Source: Chloroflexota bacterium
GTDB lineage: Bacteria; Chloroflexota; Limnocylindria; P2-11E
Length of the DNA stretch: 64,000 nucleotides
Direction of reading: 5' to 3'
NCBI GenBank assembly: GCA_005889275.1
Contig: VBFI01000040.1
Coordinates: forward strand, 22,334-86,333
The position numbers and the translations under genes were made by a program. The number at the start of each line of letters is the position of its first letter. The first letter of the stretch is position 1. Below the pieces are notes generated by a model, which did not search any database, was not told the DNA's origin, and saw only the letters and a list, made by a program, of their open reading frames with translations. Shown in pieces: positions 52,949 to 62,592 of the stretch.

Positions 52949-53683
52949 ATGGATCTCTTCACCGCCGTCGCTCTTGGGGCCGCGATCGCGGCGGGGGCGG
53001 TCGCGGCGGTCGCAGGCTTTGGGATCGGCAGCATCCTCACCCCGGTGCTCTCGACGCAGGTCGATGTTCGCCTCGCGATCGCGGCGGTGTCGCTTCCCCA
53101 TTTGGTGGGAACGGCCGTGCGCTTTCTTCTCGTCCGCACGCACATCGATCGCGACGTGCTCGTCGGCTTCGGTCTCGCGAGCGCGATCGGCGGGCTCGCC
53201 GGCGCGGCGCTGCAGGCAGTCGTGCAGAGCGCGGTCCTCGCGATCGTGTTCGCGGCCCTGCTCCTCTTCGCGGGGATGAGCAGCCTCACCGGTCTGTCGC
53301 AGCGTCTGCGTTTCCGCGGCCGGGGCGCCGCGCTCGTCGGAGGTGCCGCGTCCGGACTCCTGGGCGGGCTGGTCGGGAACCAGGGCGGGATACGCGCGGC
53401 CGCTCTCCTCGGCTTCGATGTCGAGCGCGAGGCGTTCATCGCGACCGCGACCGCCGTCGCGCTCATCGTCGATGGCGCGCGCATCCCCGTCTACCTGGTG
53501 ACGCAGGGTGCGGACCTGGTGCGTCTGGGGCCGCTCATCCTGATCCTGTCGGTCGGCGCGACGATCGGCACGCTCGCCGGGCAATGGACGCTGAGGCGTA
53601 TGCCCGAACGGGTCTTCCGCCGTGTCGTCGGCGTGCTCCTGCTGCTCCTCGGCCTCTACACGCTGGCGCGCGTAGTCGCCTGA
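52949..53683 (+). CDS. sulfite-exporter TauE/SafE family membrane protein
   Basis: Start at MDLFTAVALG. Two internal repeats each with GxGGG-type motifs (AGFGIGSILTPVL / GLLGGLVGNQGGI). Confidence 0.7.
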   Translation: MDLFTAVALGAAIAAGAVAAVAGFGIGSILTPVLSTQVDVRLAIAAVSLPHLVGTAVRFLLVRTHIDRDVLVGFGLASAIGGLAGAALQAVVQSAVLAIVFAALLLFAGMSSLTGLSQRLRFRGRGAALVGGAASGLLGGLVGNQGGIRAAALLGFDVEREAFIATATAVALIVDGARIPVYLVTQGADLVRLGPLILILSVGATIGTLAGQWTLRRMPERVFRRVVGVLLLLLGLYTLARVVA

Positions 53684-53699
53684 GACGCCTGGATCGGTC

Positions 53700-55022
53700 T
53701 TAGGCGCTGCCGAGTCGGAGGCGGAAGCGCGCCCCGCCGTCGGACGGCGTCTCGAGGACGACCGATCCACCGTGCGACTCCGCGACGTCTTTCACGATCG
53801 CCAGGCCGAGCCCGGACCCCGGCGTTTGGCGCACGTCGTTGGATCTCCAGAAGCGGTCGAAGACGCGGGAGGCATCTTCCGCGGCGACGCCGGGGCCGTG
53901 ATCGCGAACGGCCACTTCGCCGCCTGCGACCGTGATCTCGACGATCGCGCCCGTCGGGCTGTACTTCGCCGCGTTGTCGAGGAGATTGGTGATCGCCCGG
54001 GCGACGCGAACCTTCACACCGCGAACCGTCGAGGGCGTGGCCGTCACCACGAACTGGACCTTGGGGTAGCGGAAGCTGACGTCGTCGACGACCTCGTGGA
54101 CGACCTCGTCCAAGCGCAGCTCTTCGAACGGCATCGGCGCTTCCTCGTCGCGCGCCACTTCGATGAGGTCGCCGACGAGCGCCGTGAGGCGCTCCATCTG
54201 CCTCACGAGGTCCCCGAGTAGGAGCTGCCGCTCGCCCGGATCGCTCGGCTGCCCTCGTTCGAGGAGTTCAAGATTCGTCCGCAGGCTGGTGAGCGGGGTC
54301 CGCAGCTCGTGACCAGCATCGGACACGAGCTGCCGCTGCGAGCGCAGCGACGTCTCGAGCTGACCAAGCATGGCATCGAAGCTCGTCCCCAGGCGGCTCA
54401 GCTCGTCGCGGCCGTGGGCGGCGACGCGGCGCGAGAGATCGCGGGTACGCGTGACCTCCTCGACGGTCGCGGTCAGGCGCTTCACCGGCGCCAGCGCGGT
54501 GCGCGCGATGAGCAATCCGAGAGCCGCCGCGAGCACGATCGCCCCGAGCGCGAACTCGGCGAGCGTGACGCGGGTCTGCGCGAGCGCACCATCGATGTCC
54601 TCGAGCGACTTGGCGACCTCGAGCGCGCGGCTGTTCGAGATCGGCCGCACCAGCACGCGAACGCGATACTCCTGCGAGACCGCTGTGGCGAGGAACCCGT
54701 CGCGTTTGCCGGCGGCAACGTCCTTCACGTCCTGGGTGACGAGCGCCGGGACGGCCACGCCGAGATCCGCCTGGACGATGGTCCCATTCGCATCGACGAT
54801 CTGGCCGAAGACGTCCTGGCGACCGGTCACCAGCTGCGGCCCGCGATCCCCGAAGGGGCCGCCGCGTCCGGGACCCCCGACGAGCGCCGTCTTGGACAAG
54901 GTGTCGTCTACCTGCTTGAGGAGCTGGTCCTGGACGACGACGTACATCGCGACCGATGCGCCGATCGCGGCGACCGCGACCGCCGCGGCGGTGAGGAGCG
55001 CGATCCGGAGCCTGAAGCTCAC
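53700..55022 (-). CDS. two-component sensor histidine kinase
   Basis: GTG at 55022 overlapping RR stop (GTGA). Two TM helices with periplasmic loop, HAMP, H-box SDAGHELRTPLTSL, N/G1/G2 boxes (NLLDNAAKYSP, GSGLGLAIV). Confidence 0.8.
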   Translation of the reverse strand: MSFRLRIALLTAAAVAVAAIGASVAMYVVVQDQLLKQVDDTLSKTALVGGPGRGGPFGDRGPQLVTGRQDVFGQIVDANGTIVQADLGVAVPALVTQDVKDVAAGKRDGFLATAVSQEYRVRVLVRPISNSRALEVAKSLEDIDGALAQTRVTLAEFALGAIVLAAALGLLIARTALAPVKRLTATVEEVTRTRDLSRRVAAHGRDELSRLGTSFDAMLGQLETSLRSQRQLVSDAGHELRTPLTSLRTNLELLERGQPSDPGERQLLLGDLVRQMERLTALVGDLIEVARDEEAPMPFEELRLDEVVHEVVDDVSFRYPKVQFVVTATPSTVRGVKVRVARAITNLLDNAAKYSPTGAIVEITVAGGEVAVRDHGPGVAAEDASRVFDRFWRSNDVRQTPGSGLGLAIVKDVAESHGGSVVLETPSDGGARFRLRLGSA

Positions 55023-55696
55023 GGTTCTTTCATGACGTAGCCGACGCCGCGCACCGTCTGGATGACCCGCGACCCGCCGTCCTGCTCGAGCTTCCGGCGA
55101 AGATAGCCCACGTACACGTCGAGCGAGTTGGAGTCTGGCCCAAAGTCGTAGCCCCACACGCGGTCGAAGATGACGTCGCGCGGGAGCACCTTCCGCGGGT
55201 TCGCGATGAAGAGCTCGAGCAGCGAGTACTCCGTGCGCGTGAGCGGGATGAGCCGATCGCCGCGCCGGCACTCCATCGCGTCACGGTCGAGGGTGATGTC
55301 CAGGAAGCGGAGGCTGCCGCGGCCATGTGCTCCGTCCTCGTTCCGCCGGCCGAGCGCACGGATGCGCGCGAGCAGCTCGTCGAGCGCGAACGGCTTCACC
55401 AGGTAGTCGTCGGCTCCGGCGTCGAGGCCCTCCACCCGGTCGCGCACCGCGGCGCGCGCCGTAAGCATGAGCACGGGAACGTGGTTGCCGGCCGCCCGCA
55501 AGCGGCGGCAGACCTCGATTCCGTCGAGGCCGGGAAGGCCGAGATCGAGCACGAGCGCGTCGTACGGGTTGGTCATCGCCATCTCGAGCCCCGCGGGGCC
55601 CTCTCTGGCGAGATCGGCCTTGTGGCCCGCGCCACGCAGCGCGCGTTCGACCGCGTCCCGTACCGCGGGCTCGTCCTCGATGATGAGGACACGCAC
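55019..55696 (-). CDS. OmpR-family response regulator
   Basis: GTG at 55696 (VRVLIIEDEPAVRD). Receiver Asp in LVLDLGLPGLDG. Winged-helix C-terminus ...RVWGYDF...VYVGYLRRKL. Confidence 0.85.
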   Translation of the reverse strand: MRVLIIEDEPAVRDAVERALRGAGHKADLAREGPAGLEMAMTNPYDALVLDLGLPGLDGIEVCRRLRAAGNHVPVLMLTARAAVRDRVEGLDAGADDYLVKPFALDELLARIRALGRRNEDGAHGRGSLRFLDITLDRDAMECRRGDRLIPLTRTEYSLLELFIANPRKVLPRDVIFDRVWGYDFGPDSNSLDVYVGYLRRKLEQDGGSRVIQTVRGVGYVMKEP

Positions 55697-55832
55697 GAGA
55701 CCGAGTTTAGGGTCGGAACCGCTAAGAACCCCCTGAGAAACCGGCCTCTTAGCGAACTTTGAACCTCCTCTCATGCACCGGCGGCCGCCTGGTCGTTCCC
55801 TTGTGAGCACACGACCTCCAAGGGGGCCACAC

Positions 55833-56558
55833 ATGAAAGCGATCCAGCCAGCGAAAGCGCTCCTCATCGCGGCAGTCATCGGTCTCGGCCTTTCCGGCGG
55901 CTTCGCCGCGGCGGCATTGCTGCCCGGCGGTAGCGCGCCCGCGGCGCTAAGCCAGCTCTGGGACAGCACCGTCGGCCGGTCGCTCGAGAACGGCCCGGGC
56001 GACAAGGGCTCGGTCTTCACCGCCGCTGCGACCTACATCGGTATCACCGAAGCGCAGCTTCGCACCGAGCTCGGCACGGACAAGAGCCTCGCCGACGTCG
56101 CCGTCGCGCACGGCAAGACCCGCGACGGTCTCATCCAGGCACTCGTCGCGGCGCAGCAGCAGAGCATCGCGACCCTCGTCGACCAGAAGGGCATCGGCGC
56201 CCGCCCGGCCGGACCGGGCATCGGTCGTGGGCCCGGCGGTCCACGAGTCACCGGGGATCCGCTCGCCGCGGCCGCCACGTACCTCGGCACCACCACGGCG
56301 GACCTCGACACGAAAATCCGCGCGGGCCAGACGCTCGCGCAAATCGCGAACGCGACTTCAGGGAAGAACCGCGACGGTCTCGTCGCCGCGATCGTCGCCG
56401 ACTCCACCGCGAAGATCGACGCCGCCCAAAAGGCGGGCACGATCACCGCGGATCAGGCAACACAGCTCAAGACCAATCTCAGCACGCGGATCGCGCAGCT
56501 CGTCGATTCGAATCGGCCCGGCTTCGGTCGTGGATTCCCGTTCGGACCTGGCCGCTAG
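55833..56558 (+). CDS. secreted protein with internal tandem duplication
   Basis: Signal peptide MKAIQPAKALLIAAVIGLG. Two ~60-aa repeats (AAATYIGITEAQLRTELGTDKSLADVAVAHGKTRDGLIQALVAAQ / AAATYLGTTTADLDTKIRAGQTLAQIANATSGKNRDGLVAAIVAD). Confidence 0.5.
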   Translation: MKAIQPAKALLIAAVIGLGLSGGFAAAALLPGGSAPAALSQLWDSTVGRSLENGPGDKGSVFTAAATYIGITEAQLRTELGTDKSLADVAVAHGKTRDGLIQALVAAQQQSIATLVDQKGIGARPAGPGIGRGPGGPRVTGDPLAAAATYLGTTTADLDTKIRAGQTLAQIANATSGKNRDGLVAAIVADSTAKIDAAQKAGTITADQATQLKTNLSTRIAQLVDSNRPGFGRGFPFGPGR

Positions 56559-56877
56559 CCCCACAGACCTCCCATCCGCTCAGACGGTGCCGGATCGCCC
56601 ACGATCCGGCACCGTTCCCTCTTGGGGGCTGAAGCTCACGAGCCTCGCCGCCGTGGTCAACGTCTTCTTCTTCGGATTCGGCTACGCAGCCACCCACCAG
56701 AAGACCACGGACGCACCGCTGCAACCCCCGGTCGCGCAGACCATCGCGCCGGCGAGTCCCACCCCCGCGCCAACGCCGGCGCCCAACCGTGACGGGCGGG
56801 CGCCAAGAGCCACGCTCGCCCCCGGCATCCGCACGTCGCCCGGCGCGCCGCTCACCACGACGCGCCACTCCTAGACG

Positions 56878-57570
56878 CTACTTGAAGACGATCTTCTCCG
56901 AGGAGCTGATCGTCACCGCGGTGGCCTTCAGCGGCGTGTTGTCGGGATTCGTGAATCCCGGCTGGTTCAGGAGCTGCCACTTGCTCACGAGCACCGCGAA
57001 GTCGTTGTCCGCGGCGATGCCGTCCTCGGCGACGACGACCGTGTACCCGCGCAGGTTCGCGCCGAAGGCCGTGTAGAGGACGGCGCCGTTCGAAGCGGTG
57101 CCCACCATCACGGCGTTCGTGACGCCCCGATCTTTCAGGAGCTGGTCCAGGTTCGTGTTGAAGAACTTGTCGGCGCGCGTGGTCACGCTCGGCTCGCCCG
57201 TCTGCGGTGCCACCTCGGGAAGGACGGTCGATCCAGCGGTCGGCGTAAGCGAGTAGATCACCGGCACTTTCGCGTCACGGGCCTTCTTGATCAGCGCGGC
57301 AACCTTCGGTAGCGACGCGAGGCATGTCGGGCGCGGGGTGCAGACCGCGGTGGTGAGGTCCAGGACGAGGAGCGCCGCCCCCTTCACGGGGATCTCGACC
57401 GCGACCGCGGCCGGGACCGTCGGCAGCGCTGATGTCGGCGCGGGCGATGCCGTGACGAGCACGGTGGGCGCCGATGACGCGGACGCCGGCACCACGGTCG
57501 GCGAGGCCGCCTGCTGCGCACACGCGGAGGTCAGGAAAACGAAGAGGACGAGAAGGCGCACGATCTTCAT
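56878..57570 (-). CDS. isochorismatase-family (cysteine hydrolase) lipoprotein
   Basis: Lipobox FLTSAC. ALLVLDLTTAV...VPVIYS...AVMVGTASNGAVLYTA consistent with the isochorismatase fold. Confidence 0.5.
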   Translation of the reverse strand: MKIVRLLVLFVFLTSACAQQAASPTVVPASASSAPTVLVTASPAPTSALPTVPAAVAVEIPVKGAALLVLDLTTAVCTPRPTCLASLPKVAALIKKARDAKVPVIYSLTPTAGSTVLPEVAPQTGEPSVTTRADKFFNTNLDQLLKDRGVTNAVMVGTASNGAVLYTAFGANLRGYTVVVAEDGIAADNDFAVLVSKWQLLNQPGFTNPDNTPLKATAVTISSSEKIVFK

Positions 57571-57608
57571 GGCGGACGACCCTCCCACAACGGCGGCATC
57601 CTATTCCG

Positions 57609-59195
57609 ATGAGTCCCACGGTCGCCCGCGCGATCGGCGATCGGCTGCGCGCGGCCGGCGTCCGCCACGTGTTCGGACATCCCGGTGGCGAGGTCATCGA
57701 GCTCATCGAGGGCTTCCGGCAGGCCGGGCTCGAGTTCGTGCTCACCAAGCACGAGACCGCGGCGGCATTCATGGCCGAGACGACCGCGACGACGAGCGGC
57801 AGCGTCGGCGTCTGCGTCGGCACCCTCGGCCCGGGAGCGACGAACCTCGTGACCGGAGTCGCGCACGCGTACCTCGATCGGGGCGCCGTCCTCGCCTTCA
57901 GCGGCCAGCTCCCGGCCGACCGCTATGAGATCACGACGCACCAGCGCCTCGACCTCGGCGCGCTCTTCGCGCCGATAACCAAGTGGCATGCGCGCATCAC
58001 GCCGCTGAACGCGCCGGCGGTGATCGAGCGTGCGCTCCGGGTCGCCGCGACGCCGCGACGCGGGCCGGTGTTCCTCGAGGTGCCGAGCGACGTGCCCGCA
58101 CAGGAGACGGTCGATGTCGCGCTCCCGCGCTTCGTCACCGAGTCCGTCGCCGCGATCGACGAGGACGCGATACGGACCGCTGCCGCGCGTCTACGGGGAA
58201 GCGACCGGCCAGTGATCGTCGTCGGAATGGACGCGAACTCCGACGCGGTGGCCGGGCCGCTGCGCAGTCTCGCGGAGGCGTGGGCGATCCCGGTGATCGT
58301 GAGCCCGAAGGCCAAGGGAGTCTTCCGCGAGGATCACCCGCTCTTTCTCGGCACGATCGAGGGCCTCGGGACGGCCTATCTCTACGACTACATCGACACG
58401 TGCGACCTCGTCCTCATGATCGGCTTCGATCCGGTCGAGTTCGATCGCGACTGGACCGCCCGGGCGCGGGTGATCCATGTCGGCCCGCTGCCGAACGATG
58501 ACCGCTACTACGGGAGCGAGGTCGAGATCATCGGACCGGTCGACGCGATCCTCGAGCGCGTCGTGGCCGCCGCGGCGCCGCAGCCGAAGCTGTCACTCGA
58601 CGAGGTGCATGCCTTTCGCGACGCGTTCCGCGACCGCGTGAGCCCGGCGACGGGCCGCCTCACCGCGCAACAGGTACTCGGCGAGCTTCGTCGAGCTCGT
58701 GCCGAGGACGCGCTCGTCAGCTGTGACGTCGGATACAACAAAGCCGTTTCGGCGCAATGCTGGCCGGCGTACCGGCCGCGGACCTTCTTCGTGTCCAACG
58801 GGCTCTCGTCGATGGGCTACGGTCTGCCCGCCGCGATCGCGCTCAAGCTCGCCCATCCGGAGCGGCAGGTCGCGTGCGTCCTCGGGGACGGCGGCTTCGC
58901 GATGTCGATGGCCGAGCTCGAAACGGCGGTACGTCTTCGGCTCGGAATTACCGTGGTGGTCCTCGTCGATGACGCCCTGTCGCAGATCAAGGCCGGCCAG
59001 GAACGCCGCGGCTATCCGGCGATCGGAACGACCTTCGGTGGGCTCGACTACCCGAAGCTCGCGTCCGCGTTCGGGATACCCGGCGTCGACGTCGAGACGC
59101 CGGGTGAGTGTCACACGGCCTTCGCCTCGCCGCCGGGTGATCGTCCGGTGCTCATCGCCGCGCACATCGACCCGGGCGCGTACCAGCTCCGCTAG
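57609..59195 (+). CDS. thiamine-pyrophosphate-dependent enzyme (acetolactate-synthase-like)
   Basis: Start MSPTVARAIG. Pyr, central and PP domains present. TPP motif GDGGFAMSMAELETAVRLRLGITVVVLVDD. Confidence 0.75.
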   Translation: MSPTVARAIGDRLRAAGVRHVFGHPGGEVIELIEGFRQAGLEFVLTKHETAAAFMAETTATTSGSVGVCVGTLGPGATNLVTGVAHAYLDRGAVLAFSGQLPADRYEITTHQRLDLGALFAPITKWHARITPLNAPAVIERALRVAATPRRGPVFLEVPSDVPAQETVDVALPRFVTESVAAIDEDAIRTAAARLRGSDRPVIVVGMDANSDAVAGPLRSLAEAWAIPVIVSPKAKGVFREDHPLFLGTIEGLGTAYLYDYIDTCDLVLMIGFDPVEFDRDWTARARVIHVGPLPNDDRYYGSEVEIIGPVDAILERVVAAAAPQPKLSLDEVHAFRDAFRDRVSPATGRLTAQQVLGELRRARAEDALVSCDVGYNKAVSAQCWPAYRPRTFFVSNGLSSMGYGLPAAIALKLAHPERQVACVLGDGGFAMSMAELETAVRLRLGITVVVLVDDALSQIKAGQERRGYPAIGTTFGGLDYPKLASAFGIPGVDVETPGECHTAFASPPGDRPVLIAAHIDPGAYQLR

Positions 59196-60064
59196 AGGTC
59201 CTTCACCGCCGGGATGATGTCGCGCGCGACGATCTCGAGCGGCTCGATCTTCCAGAGGTCCTTCACGCCGCCGATGGCCGTCGTGAAGCCGAGCTTCCGT
59301 AGCCACTTCAGCTGCTCGACGATCTTGCCGACGTTCTCGCCGCGGTCGCCGACGTCCATCTGGAACATGCAGGTCTTTTCGATCGAGTCGTAATCGCGCT
59401 TCTCCCGGTCGCAGTGCGCCTTCAGGACGTCGAGCTTGCGTGGCACCTCCGGCGTCGGGAACAGATTGCAGGCGTCCGCGTACTTCGCGACGAGGCGGAG
59501 GGTTTTCTTCTCGCCCATGCCGCCGATCATGATCGGCGGACGGGGCCGCGTGAGGCTCTGGGGACGGTTGAGCGGGTGCTCGAAGACGAAACGCTTCCCC
59601 GCGAAGCGGCTCTGGTCGTCACGCCACATCCGCGTGCAGAGCTCGAGCGTGTCCTCGAGCCACTCGAACCGCTCGGCGAGCGGCGGGAACGGGATGCCGA
59701 GAGCGCGAGCTTCCTCCTGGTTCCACGCCGCGCCGATCCCGAGCATGGCCCGGCCGCCGGAGAGCACGTCGAGCGTCGTGACCGCCTTTGCGAGGACGGC
59801 CGGGTACCGGTACACGACGCCGGTGACCACGGTGACGAGGCGCGCCTTCTGCGTGTGGGCGGCGAGATACCCGAGCGTCGTGTAGGACTCGAGCATGTCG
59901 TGATCGGGTGGGCCAAGCGATCCGATCTGGAAGAAATGGTCCATGACCCCGATCGGATCGAACCCGCCTCCGTCCGCGGTCCGAGCAATCGCCGCGATGT
60001 CGTGCGCGAGTCGCTTGGGACCGCCCGGCCACGTGAAGTTGTTGATCTGGAGACCGATCCTCAG
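59192..60064 (-). CDS. LLM-class F420/flavin-dependent oxidoreductase; apparent CTG (or other non-canonical) start
   Basis: ORF track starts at MDHFFQ, but the in-frame upstream 40 codons read LRIGLQINNFTWPGGPKRLAHDIAAIARTADGGGFDPIGV. This is the conserved LLM N-terminus. It is bounded by TAA 16 codons further up and contains no ATG/GTG/TTG. Confidence 0.6.
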   Translation of the reverse strand: MRIGLQINNFTWPGGPKRLAHDIAAIARTADGGGFDPIGVMDHFFQIGSLGPPDHDMLESYTTLGYLAAHTQKARLVTVVTGVVYRYPAVLAKAVTTLDVLSGGRAMLGIGAAWNQEEARALGIPFPPLAERFEWLEDTLELCTRMWRDDQSRFAGKRFVFEHPLNRPQSLTRPRPPIMIGGMGEKKTLRLVAKYADACNLFPTPEVPRKLDVLKAHCDREKRDYDSIEKTCMFQMDVGDRGENVGKIVEQLKWLRKLGFTTAIGGVKDLWKIEPLEIVARDIIPAVKDL

Positions 60065-60124
60065 GAGCGCATCCTCCGGGACGGTCGAGAGACGAGCCGC
60101 AGCTTGCGGCTGAGCGCGCTCGTG

Positions 60125-60736
60125 TTAGCGGACCTTGATGCGGTCCGCGAAGTATTTCCGGACCTTCTCGACCTTCGGACGGGCGTTGAAGAGGATGTAC
60201 GGCTGGAGCGGATTCCGCTCGGCGTAGTCCTGGTGGTAGTCCTCGCCCGGATAGAAGCGATCGAGCGGGACGACTTCCGTGACGATGGGGCGATCGAAGA
60301 CCTTCGCGGCATCGAGCTGCTTGATGTAGGCCTCGGCCACGCGCTTCTGCTCGTCGTTCGCGTAGAAGATCACCGAGCGATATTGCTTTCCGACATCAGG
60401 GCCCTGCCGGTCCTTCGTCGTCGGGTCGTGCGCGATCGAGAAGAAGACCTTGAGGAGCTGGCCGTACGTCACGCGCGAGGGGTCGAAACGCACCTCGACC
60501 GTCTCGGCGTGCGCGGTCCGACCTGACGAGACCGTCTGGTAATCGGCGGTGTTCGCCGTTCCGCCGGCGTATCCGGAGACGACGGACGAAACCCCGTCGA
60601 GCTGCTTGTAGACCGCCTCGACGCACCAGAAGCACCCTCCGGCGAGGACGGCGGTGGCCTCGCCGTTCGCGGCCGGCACCGGGGAATCGAGCTCGGGATC
60701 CGGGAATTTCTCTGGGGAGACCACGGCACCGACAAC
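60125..60736 (-). CDS. msrA: peptide-methionine (S)-S-oxide reductase
   Basis: GGCFWCVE active site, ...YHQDY... motifs. GTG start ~60736 chosen to avoid overlap with divergent gene. ORF track extends to 60853. Confidence 0.75.
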   Translation of the reverse strand, partial: VVGAVVSPEKFPDPELDSPVPAANGEATAVLAGGCFWCVEAVYKQLDGVSSVVSGYAGGTANTADYQTVSSGRTAHAETVEVRFDPSRVTYGQLLKVFFSIAHDPTTKDRQGPDVGKQYRSVIFYANDEQKRVAEAYIKQLDAAKVFDRPIVTEVVPLDRFYPGEDYHQDYAERNPLQPYILFNARPKVEKVRKYFADRIKVR

Positions 60737-60739
60737 TCT

Positions 60740-61183
60740 ATGCCGCCTAGGCTTATTCCCGTGGCGAGCGGGAGGGCGGTCCGCGACCAGCTGCGCGCTC
60801 ATGCTCTGAACCATCTCGGCGCCTGGGCGGACGAGCCCTGGCCTGGCGATCACGTGGCGAAGGTCGGGAAAAAGATCTTCGCGTTCCTCGGCGGTGAGGG
60901 CCAGGACGTCTCGGTCGGCGTGAAGCTCCCGCGATCGCTCCTCTTCGCGCGCACCCAGGCATTCGTGACGAAGATGGGTTACGGAATGGACAAGTCCGGC
61001 TGGGTCATCGCTCGGTTCGGTAAGGGCGAGACCGTCCCAGTCGAGCTTCTGCGCTCGTGGATCGACGAGAGCTACGAAACCGTGGCCGCGACCGCGCTGC
61101 CGAAGCGGGCCCGCACCTCCGCAAAGCCGCCGGTTCGGGCGAGCGCGGCAAAAGCCGCCGCGAAGAGGACTCGCGCGCGTTGA
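60740..61183 (+). CDS. MmcQ/YjbR-family protein
   Basis: 147 aa. ...WPGDHVAKVGKKIFAFLG...VGVKL... pattern of the YjbR family. Lys/Ala-rich tail. Confidence 0.45.
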   Translation: MPPRLIPVASGRAVRDQLRAHALNHLGAWADEPWPGDHVAKVGKKIFAFLGGEGQDVSVGVKLPRSLLFARTQAFVTKMGYGMDKSGWVIARFGKGETVPVELLRSWIDESYETVAATALPKRARTSAKPPVRASAAKAAAKRTRAR

Positions 61184-61899
61184 GGATCGCGCCGGGGATC
61201 CATCGCATCGGCGTGGGTCTGGTGAACGCGTACCTCCTCGAGGAGGGTGGCGAGGTCACGATCGTCGACGCGGGCGCGCCGAGCTACTGGGACGATCTGC
61301 CGCGCGAGCTCGAGACGATGGGCCGTTCGCTGGCGGATGTGCGCGCGCTCCTCCTGACGCACGCGCACGTCGATCACGTCGGCTTCGCCGAGCGCCTACG
61401 CCGGGAACGGGGCGTCGCGGTGCGCGTGCACGAGCTCGACGCGCGGCTCGCCCGTGGCGAGGTGACCCCGAAGAACCAGTCGTTCGCGGGGCCGCGGCCG
61501 CTCCCGGTCCTGCGCTTTCTCGCCTTCGCGGTCACGCACGGCCTCCTGCGCGCGACACCGATCCTCGAAGTCGCGACGTTCGGCGACGGCGCGACGCTCG
61601 ACGTCCCGGGATCGCCACGCGTGATCCACATGCCGGGCCACAGCGAGGGAAGCGCGGCGCTCCATGTACCGGCGCGTGACGCCCTCTTCGTCGGAGACGC
61701 GATCGCCACCTTGAATGTGCTCTCCGGCGCGACCGGCCCGCAGATCGCGGCCTTCGGCTCCGACATTCCCGGCGCCTACGCGTCGCTCGCGCGGCTCCGC
61801 GGCGTCGAAGCGGCCCTGGTCCTCCCGGGACACGGCGCGCCGTGGACCGGCGGCGTCGGCGAGGCGCTTCGCATCGTCGAGGCCGCTCGACCGCGGTAG
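61180..61899 (+). CDS. MBL-fold metallo-hydrolase
   Basis: TTG at 61180 overlapping upstream TGA (MRIAPGIHRIGV...). THAHVDH metal motif, ...HMPGHSEGS..., ...PGHG. Confidence 0.75.
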   Translation: MRIAPGIHRIGVGLVNAYLLEEGGEVTIVDAGAPSYWDDLPRELETMGRSLADVRALLLTHAHVDHVGFAERLRRERGVAVRVHELDARLARGEVTPKNQSFAGPRPLPVLRFLAFAVTHGLLRATPILEVATFGDGATLDVPGSPRVIHMPGHSEGSAALHVPARDALFVGDAIATLNVLSGATGPQIAAFGSDIPGAYASLARLRGVEAALVLPGHGAPWTGGVGEALRIVEAARPR

Positions 61900-61964
61900 G
61901 GACGCTCGCCAGAGATCGGCCGGGGAACCTCCCCGCGCCCGAGCCTGTAAAGGGGTCAGTGAGG

Positions 61965-62576
61965 ATGCGCGCGCTCGCGGCTCTAACCCTCGTCCTGCTG
62001 AGTGGGTGTATCGGCGCGTCGCCCGGCGCAAGCACGCCGCCAGCCGCGCTCGCGAGCTCAGCATCACCTTCGGCCTCGACGGCCCCAGCGGTCAGCGAGC
62101 CGCCCAAGGCGACGTCGCCTCCCTTGACCTTCGTCACGACGGCGCAACAGGCCCGCATGGTGGCCACGGTCGTCGCCCTCCTCGATGCGTTCAACTCCGG
62201 GCGGGTCGACGTTGCCCTCGCGTTCCTTACGGATGACGTGGCCATCAGCGACTGCGACTACCGCGCGGTCCACGTCACCCTGGCCAACGGAGCTGAAGCG
62301 GCGCGGCAGTGGTTACGCGACCGCGCCGCGGATCACGACCAGCTGGTCCTCGAAAGCGTCCGCAACGAAAACCCGGACCCGTCCACTGGCGCGCATGTCG
62401 TCGCCGTCGCCTATGCGCGCCGGACGAGCGACACGCTCCGCGCGCTCGGCTTCCCGAACGGCATCAACCCTCAGGCCGCGACGAAGGTGGTGTTTACGGC
62501 GACCGACGACCGCATCCGCGCGTTCGCAAATGGTCCCTTTGGGGGTCCATCGGAGCTCTGCCGCCCGACCGCCTAG
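61965..62576 (+). CDS. lipoprotein, SnoaL/NTF2-like C-terminal domain (tentative)
   Basis: MRALAALTLVLLSGCIGAS lipobox; Ser/Ala/Pro-rich linker; ~120-aa globular domain. Confidence 0.45.
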   Translation: MRALAALTLVLLSGCIGASPGASTPPAALASSASPSASTAPAVSEPPKATSPPLTFVTTAQQARMVATVVALLDAFNSGRVDVALAFLTDDVAISDCDYRAVHVTLANGAEAARQWLRDRAADHDQLVLESVRNENPDPSTGAHVVAVAYARRTSDTLRALGFPNGINPQAATKVVFTATDDRIRAFANGPFGGPSELCRPTA

Positions 62577-62592
62577 CGGCCTCGAGCGAACG

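Noticed and set aside
52880-53770. 296-aa minus-strand ORF antisense to the TauE gene, and 294-aa plus ORF 52819..53703
   Set aside because: Arg-rich. The TauE frame shows the duplicated TM-helix signature.
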